A program made the translations under genes and the position numbers. DNA of 47,467 nt, counting the filler, from Jimgerdemannia flammicorona (lineage: Eukaryota), in NCBI GenBank assembly GCA_003990765.1. It is 2 parts of 2 records of this genome, joined end to end, with 100 filler letters (N's around TTAATTAATTAA, not from the genome) between each part and the next. Parts side by side here need not be neighbours in the genome. Positions count along the whole stretch, not along the records: positions 1 to 23,685 come from RBNJ01001080.1; positions 23,786 to 47,467 come from RBNJ01001081.1. One strand, written 5' to 3'. This document shows, in pieces, positions 12,416-24,342 of this stretch. Below the pieces are notes generated by a model, which was not told the origin of the DNA, ran no database searches, and worked only from the letters and a program-made list of their open reading frames with translations. Position 1 is the stretch's first letter. Each line of letters opens with the position of its first letter.

Positions 12416-14253
12416 ATGGAAGGTAACAATTGAACTGGTGAGCATACTGGCCAGGGGGGTAATGGTGCCTTTGGCTGGCAACAGGTGGGGAGTAGGGGAG
12501 ATGGTTTGGGGATACTGGGGGCCTCAATGGCCAGCTGTGGTCCTGGTGGTGGAGGGAGGGGTGGTCTGAGGCAGAGAGGAGGGAAGAGGTTGACCTTTGC
12601 TGACAAGGTCAGAATGAGGAAGATGGCTTCGGGTCTCGATGGTTGGCTGGGCCTGGGGAAGGCATTGATAGCTGCTGCTGGGGGACTGGGAGGTATACCC
12701 AGGGGAGTCACTGAGGGTGGGGGAGGAGCGAGAGTAGGAGCTGGAGATATGACTGTTGATGGGGCTGTGACTGGGGATCTGGCAAAAAATCCAGATGTAA
12801 CAGCAGTTGGTAATTTGGGATGGGGAGTGGGCATGAGGCCCGGGGACCTGGCAGATGGGGTTATGGGCATGGTGTTGGCCCATTACTCAAGAAGTCAAGG
12901 TCAGAATTCATGGTCATAATGTATTTCCAGGGCTTAACAGTGATGGTGAGGATGATTTTGGGGCTGGTGGCATAGGAGACAAAAGGAGCAGTGTCAGTGA
13001 AGTTTTTGAAGAAGAAGGAAGGGATCGAGGTGGGGTTTGAGGAAGAAGATGTCTTGCTGGTGGCCTTGGAGAAAGGGGTGATAGTTGGCAGAGTTGTTGT
13101 CTCTATGACCAGATGTATGTGCTGGGACTCCCAAGTGGTGCAGTTGATAGTGCTGGATCTCCCTACAGTATCGAAGGAGAGGACCAGAGAGTTGGTTGTG
13201 GAGGCAATCAGGGAGTATGGAGAGATTGTGGATGTTTGGTTCAAGGTCTGGAAGGGTATGGAGCTTCAGACTGGTGATGTCGATGTTAGGGTGAGGCTGG
13301 CTAGGAGGGAGAGTACAGAGAAGTTGAGGGACTGGCCAGCGATGCTGAGGTGGAGACCAGTCGAGTGCAAGGTCATGAGGGTGAAGGGGACCCAGGAGGA
13401 GGAGGAAGACCTGTTGGAGGCTCTGGAGGATCTGGAAGGGGCGGTTGTGAGGAGGAGATTAGCATGGAAGGAGTTTGAAGCCAGGATAGTAGTGGGGGAG
13501 GTGGATGGGAAGAGGGTCCAAATAGAGAAGGGGGCCTGGGTGAAGCTGCAGGGGAGGAAAATCCGGAAGGAGCTGCTGGCGAGGTTGGATGGGGGTAGGG
13601 CCAGTGGAAGCTCAGGGGAGAGGGGTGCGGGATTGTAGGAGAGCATCTGGGCTGAAGAGGGTGAAAGGGCCCAGAGTGGGGCTCAGCTAGGAGTAGAGGT
13701 GGAGAGGGTGGGCAATATGGAGGCAGATGCAGATATGAGTGAAGGTGTACACCCCCAGTATAGTATCCCAGGTGGACCCTGAGGTGGATGGGGGATGAAT
13801 CACTCAAGATGCAGTGGAGGCAGTGGGTGAGGAGAAGTAGATGTGGAAGACCCTGGAAGGGGCAGTAGCTGAAGAGCTGGGGGGTAAGGATTTCAGAGTG
13901 ATGGAAGAAAGGCATTGGGAGGAGATCCTATGGGGGGAGGAGGTGCTAAGGAAGATGAGGAACGAGATCCTGGCTGTTCTCCTGGAGTCGGTTGAATATC
14001 AAGTTGATGATCAGAGAGAGGAGGAACTTAGGAGGATTGCGAGTGACAGGGCACTATTCTTGTGGAACTTGAGGAAGGGACTGGAGAAGTGGTGTGTAGT
14101 CTGCTTGGATTATTAAGCAGATATAGAGATAGTGGATGGGGTGAAATATCAAGAAATCTTGGAGGCACTGGATGCTCAGGCTAATGCAGAGGGTGACTTG
14201 GAAGCTGAATGGTGCTTGGATCTAGCTGGGGATGAGATGAGTATGGAATTCTA
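12416..14253 (+). pseudogene. LINE ORF1 (decayed)
   Basis: Sits upstream of ORF2. Fragments 12485-12919 (LTFADKV), 12991-13638 (RRM-like LIVLDLP...AIREYGEIVDV) and 13841-14116. Confidence 0.65.
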
Positions 14254-14285
14254 GGATGGGGTCTCTATTGCAACATTTTTTCAAT

Positions 14286-17200
14286 ATGAATAGTACAACT
14301 AGGATATTCTCTTTGAATATTAATGGGTTGTGGGGGGTGGCTAGGAGGAAGTATATATTTGGATGGCTTAAGGGACTGGATGCAGACCTCTTCTTATTAC
14401 AGGATGTTCATTATGAAGCAGATGTGGACTTATAGGATTGGACTAAGGAATGGGGGGGTGCAGCAGTATGGAGGGAGAAAGTGTGTAACCTTGTTCAGAA
14501 AGGGATGGGGAACATTGAGGACATTGGACATTGGAGATCTCAGATGATGTGGGGAAGGTGGATGAGGCCTGGATGGGGCTTGTTGATGGTTGGGTCTTGT
14601 TACTGCCCAGCTGAGAGAGGGGAGAGGGTGGACTGGGTTCGCAGATTGAGAGAGGCTGGTGTATTGGGAGAAGTTGGGCTGGACTATATGGGGGGTGACT
14701 TCAACATAGTATGGGATAAGGAGATGGACAGAACAGATAGAGGGAGAGGTGTGTAGGGCAAAAGTGGTGGACTGAGGGACTGACTGGAGACAGAGAGGTT
14801 GTGTTCTCTAGTGGACTCGGGAAGATATTTTTGGGCCGATTGGTAGGTGTACATATACTGGGCAGCAGGGCTGTGCTTCAGGATTGATTGGGTTTTGACA
14901 GCAGAGTATTGGGGAGCAGATGTCTGGTCAGCACTAGAAGTAGTTTGGTGCCTGTGGTCTGATTACTGGGGGCTGCTTGGAGGAGGGAGGTTTGGGGGAA
15001 ATGAGGATGGGCCTGGACATTGGTGGCTAAATTCTTCCTTGTTGGAGGATAAGGAGTTGTGGGAGGGTTGGGAAACAGAGGTGGTTGGAAATATCGGTAG
15101 GTGGCAGGAACAAGGCCTTGAGATTGGGGAACACTGGAGAAGGCTGAAGGCAAATGCTCAGGGGTATTGGAGGGAAGCTGGGAAAGGAAAGTATGCCCAG
15201 TGAAGGCAGAGGGTGCTGTGGGCCTCGCGGTGTCTGGCAGCACTCATGGAGAGATGGGCAGGTGTGCTGGAAGATGGGGAGGTGACTGATTGGCATATTG
15301 TGAGAATCCGGCAGAAGATAGAGGAGCTTAAAGGAGTGCTATGAAGGGAGGAGGAGGTGAAGCTGTAGGGAATAGTGGCCTGACTATGGTGGCAGGGGCT
15401 TGAGGAGGGAGAGAGGCCTACTAGGTTTTTGTCATGGTTGTTACAGGCATGACGAACAAGGCAGTAGTGGGAGGGAGTTCTGGATGTGAATGGTGAGCTA
15501 GTGGTGGGGACTCCAGCTATTCTGGGCTTATTGAGGACCAGATGGGGGAATCTATGGAGTAAGGAGGAAGGAGGAATGGATGCTCTGGATGTTGAAAGGC
15601 AGCTGGAGGATTGGCACCTGGACTCTGCAATGGGTCTTGGGGTGTTGGGGGACCCAGTGAGTGGTGAAGAAATTTACAGAGTTGTGACCTCAATGAGTAA
15701 GGAGATGGCCCCGGAAGAGGATGGACTTCTCTGGGATTTTTGACAGAAGATGGCTGGGGTGAGCGAGGTGCTAGAGGAAATAACTGCTATGTGTGATGGA
15801 GTTCTTCAGTTTGGTGCTTGGATTGGGGGACAGCACTTAGGGCTAGTCTCCTTGCTCTACAAGAATAAGGGGAGGTGAGAGGACTGGAAGAACTAGTGGC
15901 CAATCATGCTTCTCAACATAGACTGTAAACTGGTGATGAAGATCTTGGTGATGAGGCTGCAAGGAATTGCTCAACAGGTGCTTGGTGTGGAGCAGCATGG
16001 GTTTGTCGGTGGCCAATTGATTCCCGATGGGACAGCTTGGGTATATAGAGTGATCGAAGATACCTGGGCAACAGGGGTGGATGGCAGATTGGTGTTTCTG
16101 GACCAAGAAAAGACTTATGATAGAGTGCAGAGGATATGGCTGAAGGGAGTGCTGAGATGGATTGGTATCCCTCCAGGGTTCTGAGGATCATTGATCAGCC
16201 TCTTGGAGGACAGTCAGGCAGCATTGGTCATCAATAGCCACAGGGGGGTGACCTTTCCCCTGGGATGTGGGGTGCCACAAGGGGACCCCTTGTCACCCAT
16301 CTATATGCCCTTTCCCTGGAGCCTCTACTGGACAGAATTCGGCATCAGATTGGAGGTTTGGATATTTTAGAGATTAATTGGAAGGTGGGGGCCTTTGCTG
16401 ATGATATAGTGGTCAGACTGGACTCCTTGGTGGATGTGGGGGAGTTACAGAGGTCTGTAGAATGGTATGAGAGGGGATCTGGTGTGAAACTAAACTGGTA
16501 CAAATGCAAGACTCTGGTGCTGGGTACTGGAATTGTTGGTGGCAATGTCATTGGAATGGTGGTACTGACTGGAGAACCAGTGTGTTATTTGGGGATCTAC
16601 TTCTCAGTGTTCAGATCTCTTCTTCCCCGGGCATAGTGGAACTGAAAACTTCTGGAGTAGGGAAATATTCTGCTGCAATGGAGAGGTCAGCATATGTCAC
16701 TAGCAGGAAAGGTAATGGTGCTGAATGTTTATTGGATGCCAAAGCTGTGGTATGTGGGATATCATTTGGATTTCCCAACCTGGGTGGTCAAGGAGCTGTT
16801 GAAGATGGTGAGGTCATGGATCTGGGGAGGACAGTAGAGCCAGGTGGGTTGGGAGGTGCTCACGCTGTCCTTGGAAAGAGGAGGGCTGGGCTTAGTGGAC
16901 TTTGCAAATGGCTTCAATGTTTGAGAGCTTGGTGGTTGTATAGGGTGAGTGAGCTTAGGGGTCAAGAGTGGGTACCACTTATGTAGAGGTTGTGGGAGGT
17001 TTGGTACTCCCCATGTGGTGGCTTGGGTGACCTGCCCGCGATGGTGGCCATAGATGGGAGCAAGAGGATGCAGTTTACAGGCTTCTGGTGGGGGGTGGTG
17101 GATGGTGCTAAGAGAATTGGACTTCGGTGGTATGGTGATGAGGCTAAGGAGGATTGGAGACCACAGATGTGGCAGTGGGACAGGCTTCTACTGAGTGGAG

Positions 17201-17908
17201 TTCTGGTGGAGAACTTTCAGCTTGGTGAGGGTTTGGAGTATCTGCAAGGCCTAGGTGGAGACCTGTGGCCAGAAGCCTGGCAGAGGGTTGGAATTGGGGA
17301 GGAGTGGGATTGGAATGGGCTCTGGCTTTGGAGCAAAAGGGTGAGGCTGTGGCTGCCCCCCAAGTTCTGGGTAGTGTGGTGGCATATCCTATGGCGGAAT
17401 GTCATGTTGAACTATCGGTCTGGGCACTTGGTGGCTGGTGGAGTATTCAAGTACAAGGATTGTTTCAGTATTGGTCAGGAGGGCAGTATGGTACAAACAC
17501 CTGAACATTGGCTTAGCGAGTGTGACATTTTGAAGGAGTTTTGGAGATGTATTATGACCTGGTTAGGGCTGGGTGCCTTGGAGGGAGAGAAAGGGGGGAG
17601 ATGGGGAGAGCTCCACCAGTAACTAGTGGGTGGGGTTGGAGATGAATGGCTGACCCTTGGTTGGGCTTTGGCCATGTGGGTTGGGTTAGCTGGGCATTGG
17701 GTTCATGTTTTCGAGGAGGGGTGGCAGGTTGGGGTTGGGGATAAGATGGCATGTTGGGAATGATTGCTATTGGATATTTTGAATAGCTGGTGGCAAGGTT
17801 GGGGGCTGGGTGGGGGGTACTGCAGAGGTTTGGTGCAGTGTATCTCCCAGAAGAGTGGTGGGAGGATTTGGGTAGTGGGTAACTAGGTCATGCTTGGCTG
17901 GGGGGATT
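14286..17908 (+). pseudogene. LINE ORF2: AP endonuclease, reverse transcriptase and C-terminal Cys/His domain (decayed; last codons at 23572-23614)
   Basis: APE: IFSLNING, LLQDVH, GGDFN, RIDWVL, SDY. Linker: GPGHWWLNSSLL. RT: APEEDGL, PIMLLNIDCK, QHGFV, LDQEKTYDRV, GVPQGDPLSP, FADDIV. C-terminus: GGLGL, QTPEHWLSEC. Confidence 0.93.
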
Positions 17909-18140
17909 AATGTTTTTGGCATAATGTCGATCTATGCTAGGGAGGCATAACTATACTACATTTCGCATAATGTCAACTATGCTATACTCACGTGATGTCA
18001 TTCTTCGTGATAAAACACCAATAACCCCATATCACTGAAATGACCATGCATCACCCCAAAATCCTAAGAAAGAAACCTCAAATAAATGATCGATTGTTCT
18101 GTATTTGGGTGGAAACACATGGTATAAAAGACTGGCCCAA
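17909..18140 (-). repeat. Ngaro repeat B2 (232 bp)
   Basis: Direct repeat of 18425-18656. Confidence 0.95.
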
Positions 18141-18174
18141 TCACTATGTATATATATGTAGGGTGAGGTGGGTG

Positions 18175-18419
18175 GTAATGAAATATATATGAATGTATGG
18201 AAGCACAAAAGCATAAGTGTAAAGTGCGTATGAAGTAATATTGGGTGAATAGTAGAATTATATATAGAAGTAATGTGCATACCATGCTAGTACCAAAAAA
18301 GGAAAGACTACACCTGATTTAGAAATGCCTTAGACAAACAATGGTGTTAAAACATTTTGGGAGCTATATGCCCAAGACCTTCCTGCATTCATTGACCTGT
18401 GGTCTCAAGTGAGCCCCCT
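18175..18419 (-). repeat. Ngaro repeat A2 (245 bp)
   Basis: Direct repeat of 23327-23571. Confidence 0.95.
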
Positions 18420-18424
18420 TATTC

Positions 18425-18656
18425 AATGTTTTTGCCGTAATGTCGATCTATGCTAGGGAGGTGTAACTATACTACATTTTGCATAATGTCAACTATACTA
18501 TGCTTATGTAATGTCAATCTTCGTGATAAAACACCAATAACCCCATATCACCAAAATGACCATGCATCACTCCAAAATCCTAGAAAAGAAACCTCAAATA
18601 AATGATTGATTGTTCTGTATTTGGGTGGAAACATATGGTATAAAAGACCAGCCCAA
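18425..18656 (-). repeat. Ngaro repeat B1 (232 bp)
   Basis: Direct repeat of 17909-18140. Confidence 0.95.
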
Positions 18657-18837
18657 ATGTTATATATAAAATATATGGGATGATGATGTGTAGTAGTGTG
18701 AGTTAGCAGTACCGAAAGAAAGAACTCAGCTCAAATGAAGTAAAAAGGGGGTTATGGATGTAGAAATGTGAGCAGAGTAGATGATAGAAAGGTGCCAAAG
18801 GCTTAATAGAAAGGCCATATCCAATGTCAATGATATG

Positions 18838-19164
18838 GCTGGTGTCACAAGCTGTATAGTTAAAACTGAGAGCAGGTGTTGCAAATCATGTGAAAGCCAA
18901 GAAGCTGATTTAATGAGCCCAGTGATTGAGGGATAGAACTGGTGTTGCAAGTTGTGTGGGGGTCCAAGTAGGCTGGTGTCATGAGCCATGCAATGTCGGA
19001 AAAAGTTGGTATCACAAACTATGCAGTGGTAAGAGGCTGAGGTAGGTGGATTAAAGGTTGGTATTGTGAGCCGTATGGTAATATAAGGCAGATAAGGAGA
19101 GGTAAAGGCTGGTATCATGCACTTCGCAGGACCTGGAATAAGCTGGTGTCATGGGCTATGCAGT
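18838..19164. repeat. Array of about nine ~23-nt repeats separated by unrelated spacers inside the Ngaro 3' region
   Basis: Copies start at 18838, 18872, 18904, 18938, 18972, 19005, 19057, 19108 and 19142. Consensus approximately GCTGGTGTCRYRAGCYRTGYRGT. Confidence 0.75.
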
Positions 19165-19187
19165 AGAAAAAGAGGAAAGGGAAATTG

Positions 19188-20150
19188 TTAACTGCAAGTA
19201 ATATGAGTAACAGAATAAGTATTATGAGTTAACGAAGCCCGAAGGTGGAGAATGTGAGAAATAGGCATATGAATATAACCTTTAAATATCACACTCTCCC
19301 ACCAACCCAACATCTGAATCTCATAATTAGATAAACCAGCCACAGTGGTATTGGATGTTGCACTAATCCGAAAACTATGCCCAATATAAAGAAGCAGATT
19401 CAGACCAATCTGTGGAAGTAATATATAAAGACGACTAATGAGATAGGCCCAAGAGAACGATTGATTCATGGAATGCCAAAACAGAGGGGTGTCGGGTGGG
19501 GCTGGGTGTGCCAGGTAAAGAAGGCAAAGTAAGAATACAACACATGGTGTGGCAGGATCTGTTTTGGCAATAAAAAGTGATGCACCCTAGTGAAACAGGT
19601 CTGTTTTAGAGGCCGGCAGGGTGAGCATAATATGGGTGGGGTCAGCAATACTAGGTTGAAAGACCACAGAGCCACAGGACAGCTGGGAAATGGGATTGAA
19701 AGACCCATCCCACGTAAATTCACCGGAGTGAAGAAAACTGATATATATAAGCAATATCATGGTCACAAGATGCAGATCGTCATAATCAGATAGCCAAAGC
19801 AAACTGATAAGACTGCAAAAAATACCGAGCGTGATAGGAAGCCAAGATCGAGTTGGGCATATACCTAGCCACCACTTCATACCATGCATCACTCGGGGAA
19901 GTTGGTGAAGACTGATGAATGGATCAGCAAAGCCGGAGTTGATGTGTAGAGAATGAACAGCTGAGAGATAATGTTTGATTGTGGATGGTTGAAGCCGTCA
20001 CAAGGCCAAGCTACAGACCCACCACATTAGCACTAGTTCAGACACGGGCAAAGGCCCACCAGAGGCATGATTACCGCCATAGAGATTGCAGAATTGGAGG
20101 AAGCTGCATTGTCCCAAAGAGTATGAGCGGTGCATTGATTTTACCAGTCC
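19188..20150 (-). pseudogene. Tyrosine recombinase of the Ngaro element (decayed)
   Basis: FLHSGEF (decayed LRxGE), LPASKTD, GHSFRI (HxxR), IQMLGWWES..FKGYI (GRWxS...Y). Confidence 0.9.
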
Positions 20151-21700
20151 AAACTCCAAAAAGAAGGCAATGATGGGTGGAAGTGCAGAATGCAAATGAT
20201 ACCAATTGTAGTTGGGAGCATCTGAGTGTAAGGGGCAAGATGACAGAAACAAGGAAGATCAGTATGGGATAAAGCATCAGCAATACCATTATCAGACATT
20301 GAGATGAATATGGTGCAAAGTTGAAAAGCATGATGTGCCATTTGAAAATAGAGCTGGCAGAGAAGTTTCAGCAGAAGAGGGTTGTGTGAAGAGCCCGAGT
20401 TGATAATAGCAATGACTGTCTGATTATCAGAATGAAGCAATATATGGTGAAAATACCATTGAGCACCCCAGGTAGTAGTAGTAGTGACCATGGCATAAAG
20501 TTCCTTGAACTGAATGTCGCTTGAGACTGTATTAGGAGGCCAGGGAGCAGAAAACCATTCACTATTGAAATGTACACCAAAGCCTTAGATCCCGCTGGCA
20601 TCCATCCATAATTGTGCATTAGGCTTGTGGAACCATGCCACCAGATGTATATTGGAAATATCATTCCAGTGGGGTAGAAATTCAAGCCACCAATGAATGT
20701 CGGCGTAGAATTCCTCATTCAGTGAGATATGGAATGAGGTGTTGCCAGAAAGAAGGTTGATAAACTGCCACAGGAATGGATGGCCTGGCAGAATGATTTT
20801 AGAGGCAAATGCCAAGAAACCAATAAAAGACTACAGTTGAGGGTGTGTATATAACATGCATGATAGCCACTGCTGAAGAGTGGTAAGTAACATGTCAAGC
20901 TTGCCGAGAGGCAGGTGAGCTTCTATAGCCATTGTATCTAATTCGATGCCCAGAAAGACAAGTGACATTGTTGGGCCTTTGACCTTGTGCTCTTGAATCA
21001 ACCAGCCAAGATGACGACAGATAGCAAGAAGTAAATGTAGGTCGGAGAGGGCAAGTGGCTGGAGCAGCGGCGAAATAAGGAGAAAATCGTTGATGTTGTG
21101 GATGAGCATGCATATGTCATGACAATGGGTGATCCATGTGAGAAGTTCCACAAAAAGGTTGAAAAGAAATGGTGATGAGGATGTACCAAAAGGAGTAAAC
21201 CAATCGAAATAATACTACTCCGACCACTCGAAACCCAGCAACTCTCAATCTGTAGGATGTATGAGAATATGATGATATGCATCAGTGAGGTTGACCTTCA
21301 ATAGAAGACATCCCTGGCCAAAATGATGAATCAAGTCCAAAGCCTCGTCAAACTTAATGTAAGAGAGCTGGAAGGCATCGGTATCTATGCCGGCATTCAC
21401 TGAATTGCCGTGATGGGGCCAAGAAAGGTCGTGAATATGATGCCATGCACTATTAGAATTCTTCTTCGTAACAGCACCAAGAGGAGATGAGTGAAAGCAT
21501 TTGAACAGAGGGGATGAGAATGGGCCACAAATTCTACTGGCAGCAACTTCCTACTTGATGTCAGATGTGATTGCTTCCAGGTGGTTGAGAGCAGAGTGAT
21601 GATTATAGGACAGCAGGTGCTGATGAGGCCCATCAAAGCTGAGAAGAGCACCTTGAGTAATAGTGGTGATAGCAGCCTGAGCTACCTGCGGGTCAGGATA
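20141..21700 (-). pseudogene. DIRS-type reverse transcriptase and RNase H (decayed)
   Basis: FGTSSSPFLFN, HNINDFLL (decayed YxDDF), LVFLGIELDT, WWLEFL, WMDASG, HSDNQTV, NGIADALS. Confidence 0.9.
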
Positions 21701-21869
21701 CAACTGGAGCTCATGTGCTCACATGACAGGGCGAAGAGCAGAAGAAGGAAGAGAAAAATGACATAGAATGTCTTGAGCAGCTTTGTTAAGAGGGATGGTA
21801 AATGGGTGATGGAGTAGGGTATTTGGAGTGGCCAGAGATATGTGTAAAGAATAAATGGAGGCAAGTTTC

Positions 21870-23030
21870 TAGGGGCGAGATGATGGATTGTGGGAGCATT
21901 GATACCATGGATGATTACCATTGCAGTGAGAACAGGAATGTGCATAAGGGCATTCTTTTCTGTTATACCCAGGATACTTCATGGGTGATCCATTGAATAG
22001 AATGCCATTGTATGCCCGACAAGTAGACTATTGAGAGGCTTTCTCAGTAGATGGAGCAGAGGAGCCATCAGTAAGACATAGTCCCTATTGTACGTTGCGA
22101 GACTTGAAGGGCTTAAGCAGATTAGATGTAGAGGTCAGAGTTCGTGGATGTTGATGTAGACTAAGGATCATAAAGAGGTCAGGGTCATGCCGGGCCCAGT
22201 GCTCGCACCATACCAAAGAAACACCATTATTCGCAATCTCCACCAGTCGTTTTGTGTGAAAGAAGACATGATAATCAAGAAGTGCAGACCAATATGACGA
22301 CGTTGATAGTAAAATAAAATCCGTGGCATATGAAAATAATGGAGTAGGATTGGTGAGGCCCAGGTACACATCATGAAGAATGCTGAAATACGTAAGCAGA
22401 GCAGTAAGGAAAGCAGGGATGTCTGGAAGATCTTTGATAAGGGATGGCAGCTTTTGAAGAATGATCTGAGCACCCGATTCATCAAATGTTTCGATGAATT
22501 GAGCATCAGAAAGACCACCAATAGAAACAATGTTTCGCTCTAAGAAATGGCCGAGTGACACAGCAGTGAACAAATTGTCAATGACCATGGCCAACAGCTG
22601 TTGATTAACATAGGTGTATTTTAAAGAGAGATTGATGTCTCAGACAATAGTATGGGCAGAGATGACAGAAGGAGGTATAGGGATAGACTCACTCTGGGGA
22701 TTACTAGTAGGGCCATGAATGCTGGTGGACCGAACCAAAGGGATAGTTGGTAAGGGCTGGGATGAGGATGGAGATGTGAGAACCGCTGAAAGAGAGGCAG
22801 TAGCATGATTGATAAAGGCTTGATCAATGATGGGAGATGCATCCTGACCAGAAATGGCAGGAACTATACTAGCTGGTACTGCTGAAGATACAATGTCAGG
22901 GTGAGAGCATAAGAGCTGAAAAATTTCATCAAACCAACAGTCTTGTGTGGATGCATGCTCTTGGAGCTGAGCAATGCTGGCTTCAATAGAAACATCAGAG
23001 GCCAGTGTGCTGTAAAAAGCTGGTCTGGCT
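21870..23030 (-). pseudogene. gag: Ngaro gag-like ORF1 with C-terminal Cys/His finger (decayed)
   Basis: ORF fragment 22085-22594 (WSALLDYHVFFH). Finger ECPYAHSCSHCNGNHPWYQC at ~21895-21955. Confidence 0.75.
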
Positions 23031-23326
23031 GCTATAGTGCTAGTGGGAGCCTTAGATACAGTATGCGCTGATAGATGTGTGATTCAGCAGAGTGTGGAAG
23101 TAGAGTGATCAGGGAGAGTGGCAAGATAATCCACAAGGATAGCAATATCGGGGTTCTCACTATCAGATTCCAGGTCGTCTTGCAGAAAATGGAGCATATG
23201 CTCGATGAAATTAACATCTAAGTGGAAAGAGCAGGTGGCAGAGCCCAGATTGTGTTGACCCTTTGATGTATGGGAAGGGTCATATCGACACAAAAGGCAG
23301 GAATTTGCAGAGAGGACTATGGTAAT

Positions 23327-23571
23327 GTAATGAAATACATACGAATGTATGGAAGTACAAAAGTGTAAGTGTAAAGTATGTATGAAGTAATGTTGGGTGA
23401 ATGGTAGAATTATATATAGAAGTAATGCGCATACTGTGCTAGTACCAAAAAAGGAAAGACTACACCTGATTTAGAAATGCCTTAGACAAACAACAGCATT
23501 AAAATATTTTAGGTACTATATGCCCAAGACCTTTCTGCATTCATTGACCTGTGGTCTCGAGCAAGCCCCCT
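23327..23571 (-). repeat. Ngaro repeat A1 (245 bp, 5' terminus)
   Basis: Direct repeat of 18175-18419. Confidence 0.95.
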
Positions 23572-23685
23572 CATGATCAAGGAGGAAGGGTTGGGTCCAT
23601 GGGGCATTGGGTGAGAGTGAGGTGATATTGTATTGTTAGAATTATAGACATCAGTAATAAAGGGCAGTCCAAGGGACTATAAAAA

Positions 23686-23785
23686 NNNNNNNNNNNNNNN
23701 NNNNNNNNNNNNNNNNNNNNNNNNNNNNNTTAATTAATTAANNNNNNNNNNNNNNNNNNNNNNNNNNNNNNNNNNNNNNNNNNNN
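23686..23785. other. Artificial contig-joining linker
   Basis: 44 N + TTAATTAATTAA (stops in all six frames) + 44 N = exactly 100 bp. Confidence 0.95.
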
Positions 23786-24342
23786 TCAGCAAGGCACTTA
23801 GTGCTACATCCATATCTAGCCTAGTCCAGATAGCCCCTCACTAGTATAAATACCCCCTCCCCCAGACCTCAGAATCTCAGACTCGAACAGACTTGAACAA
23901 TCCGAAACAACTTCTGAGCACTTCCCCATAATACCCCTTCACACAAATATTCCTAGTATAGCAATATCATGAATAGCAAATAAACCTATTCCATAACCCA
24001 CAAACTACTCTTAAGTAAATCTGCTCCCTGTTAGGTCCTACTCCTAACCCCGTCACGAAATTTCCTAATTGGGTGTTGTCTGCAGCAATACGCCAATTCA
24101 ACTAAGCTGGTCTTAGTTTCTTAAACTTCCTGAAATATGGAAAATCCTGAACATCCAGAACTAGTCCGAAAAAGGACTTTGGTTGAGACGTCAACCCGAT
24201 CTTGAAATCAATAAGCGTAGAGGATGTACTCCATACGAAATTGATCTTGACCATAAGAAAATGGTCTTCCAGAATATCCAGAACTTCCAGAAAACCCTTC
24301 CAGAACTACGTAACAGTTATCTTAAAAAATAACCCTCTTATA
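23786..24342 (+). repeat. 3' portion of a G-family LTR (3' LTR or solo LTR), cut by the gap
   Basis: Matches ~42837-43382. Ends CCCTCTTATA (decayed TTACA) and is not followed by a PBS. Confidence 0.93.

Larger units (their letters stand above)
17909..23571 (-). mobile_element. Ngaro-type tyrosine-recombinase retrotransposon (DIRS order) with split direct repeats
   Basis: Minus-strand order: A1 (23327-23571), gag, RT/RH, YR, B1 (18425-18656), A2 (18175-18419), B2 (17909-18140). Confidence 0.95.
12398..23685 (+). mobile_element. L1/Tx1-type non-LTR retrotransposon (LINE), near full length, split by a Ngaro insertion at 17909-23571
   Basis: G-rich ORF1 plus an APE-RT ORF2. G-rich sequence resumes at 23572 and ends AATAAAGGGCAGTCCAAGGGACTATAAAAA at the contig end. 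5' boundary is approximate. Confidence 0.9.

Noticed and set aside
14323..17752. Unusually Trp-rich plus-strand ORFs and Pro-rich minus-strand ORFs as novel proteins
   Set aside because: They are LINE ORF2 fragments, with some Trp probably arising from CGG>TGG decay, and shadow frames of a G-rich strand.
18838..19164. CRISPR interpretation of the repeat-spacer array
   Set aside because: There are no cas genes, the repeats are degenerate, most spacers are only ~10 nt, and it lies inside a eukaryotic retrotransposon.
23686..23785. Palindromic TTAATTAATTAA centred in an N run
   Set aside because: It is an artificial 100-bp joining spacer. Adjacency across it is not treated as biological.
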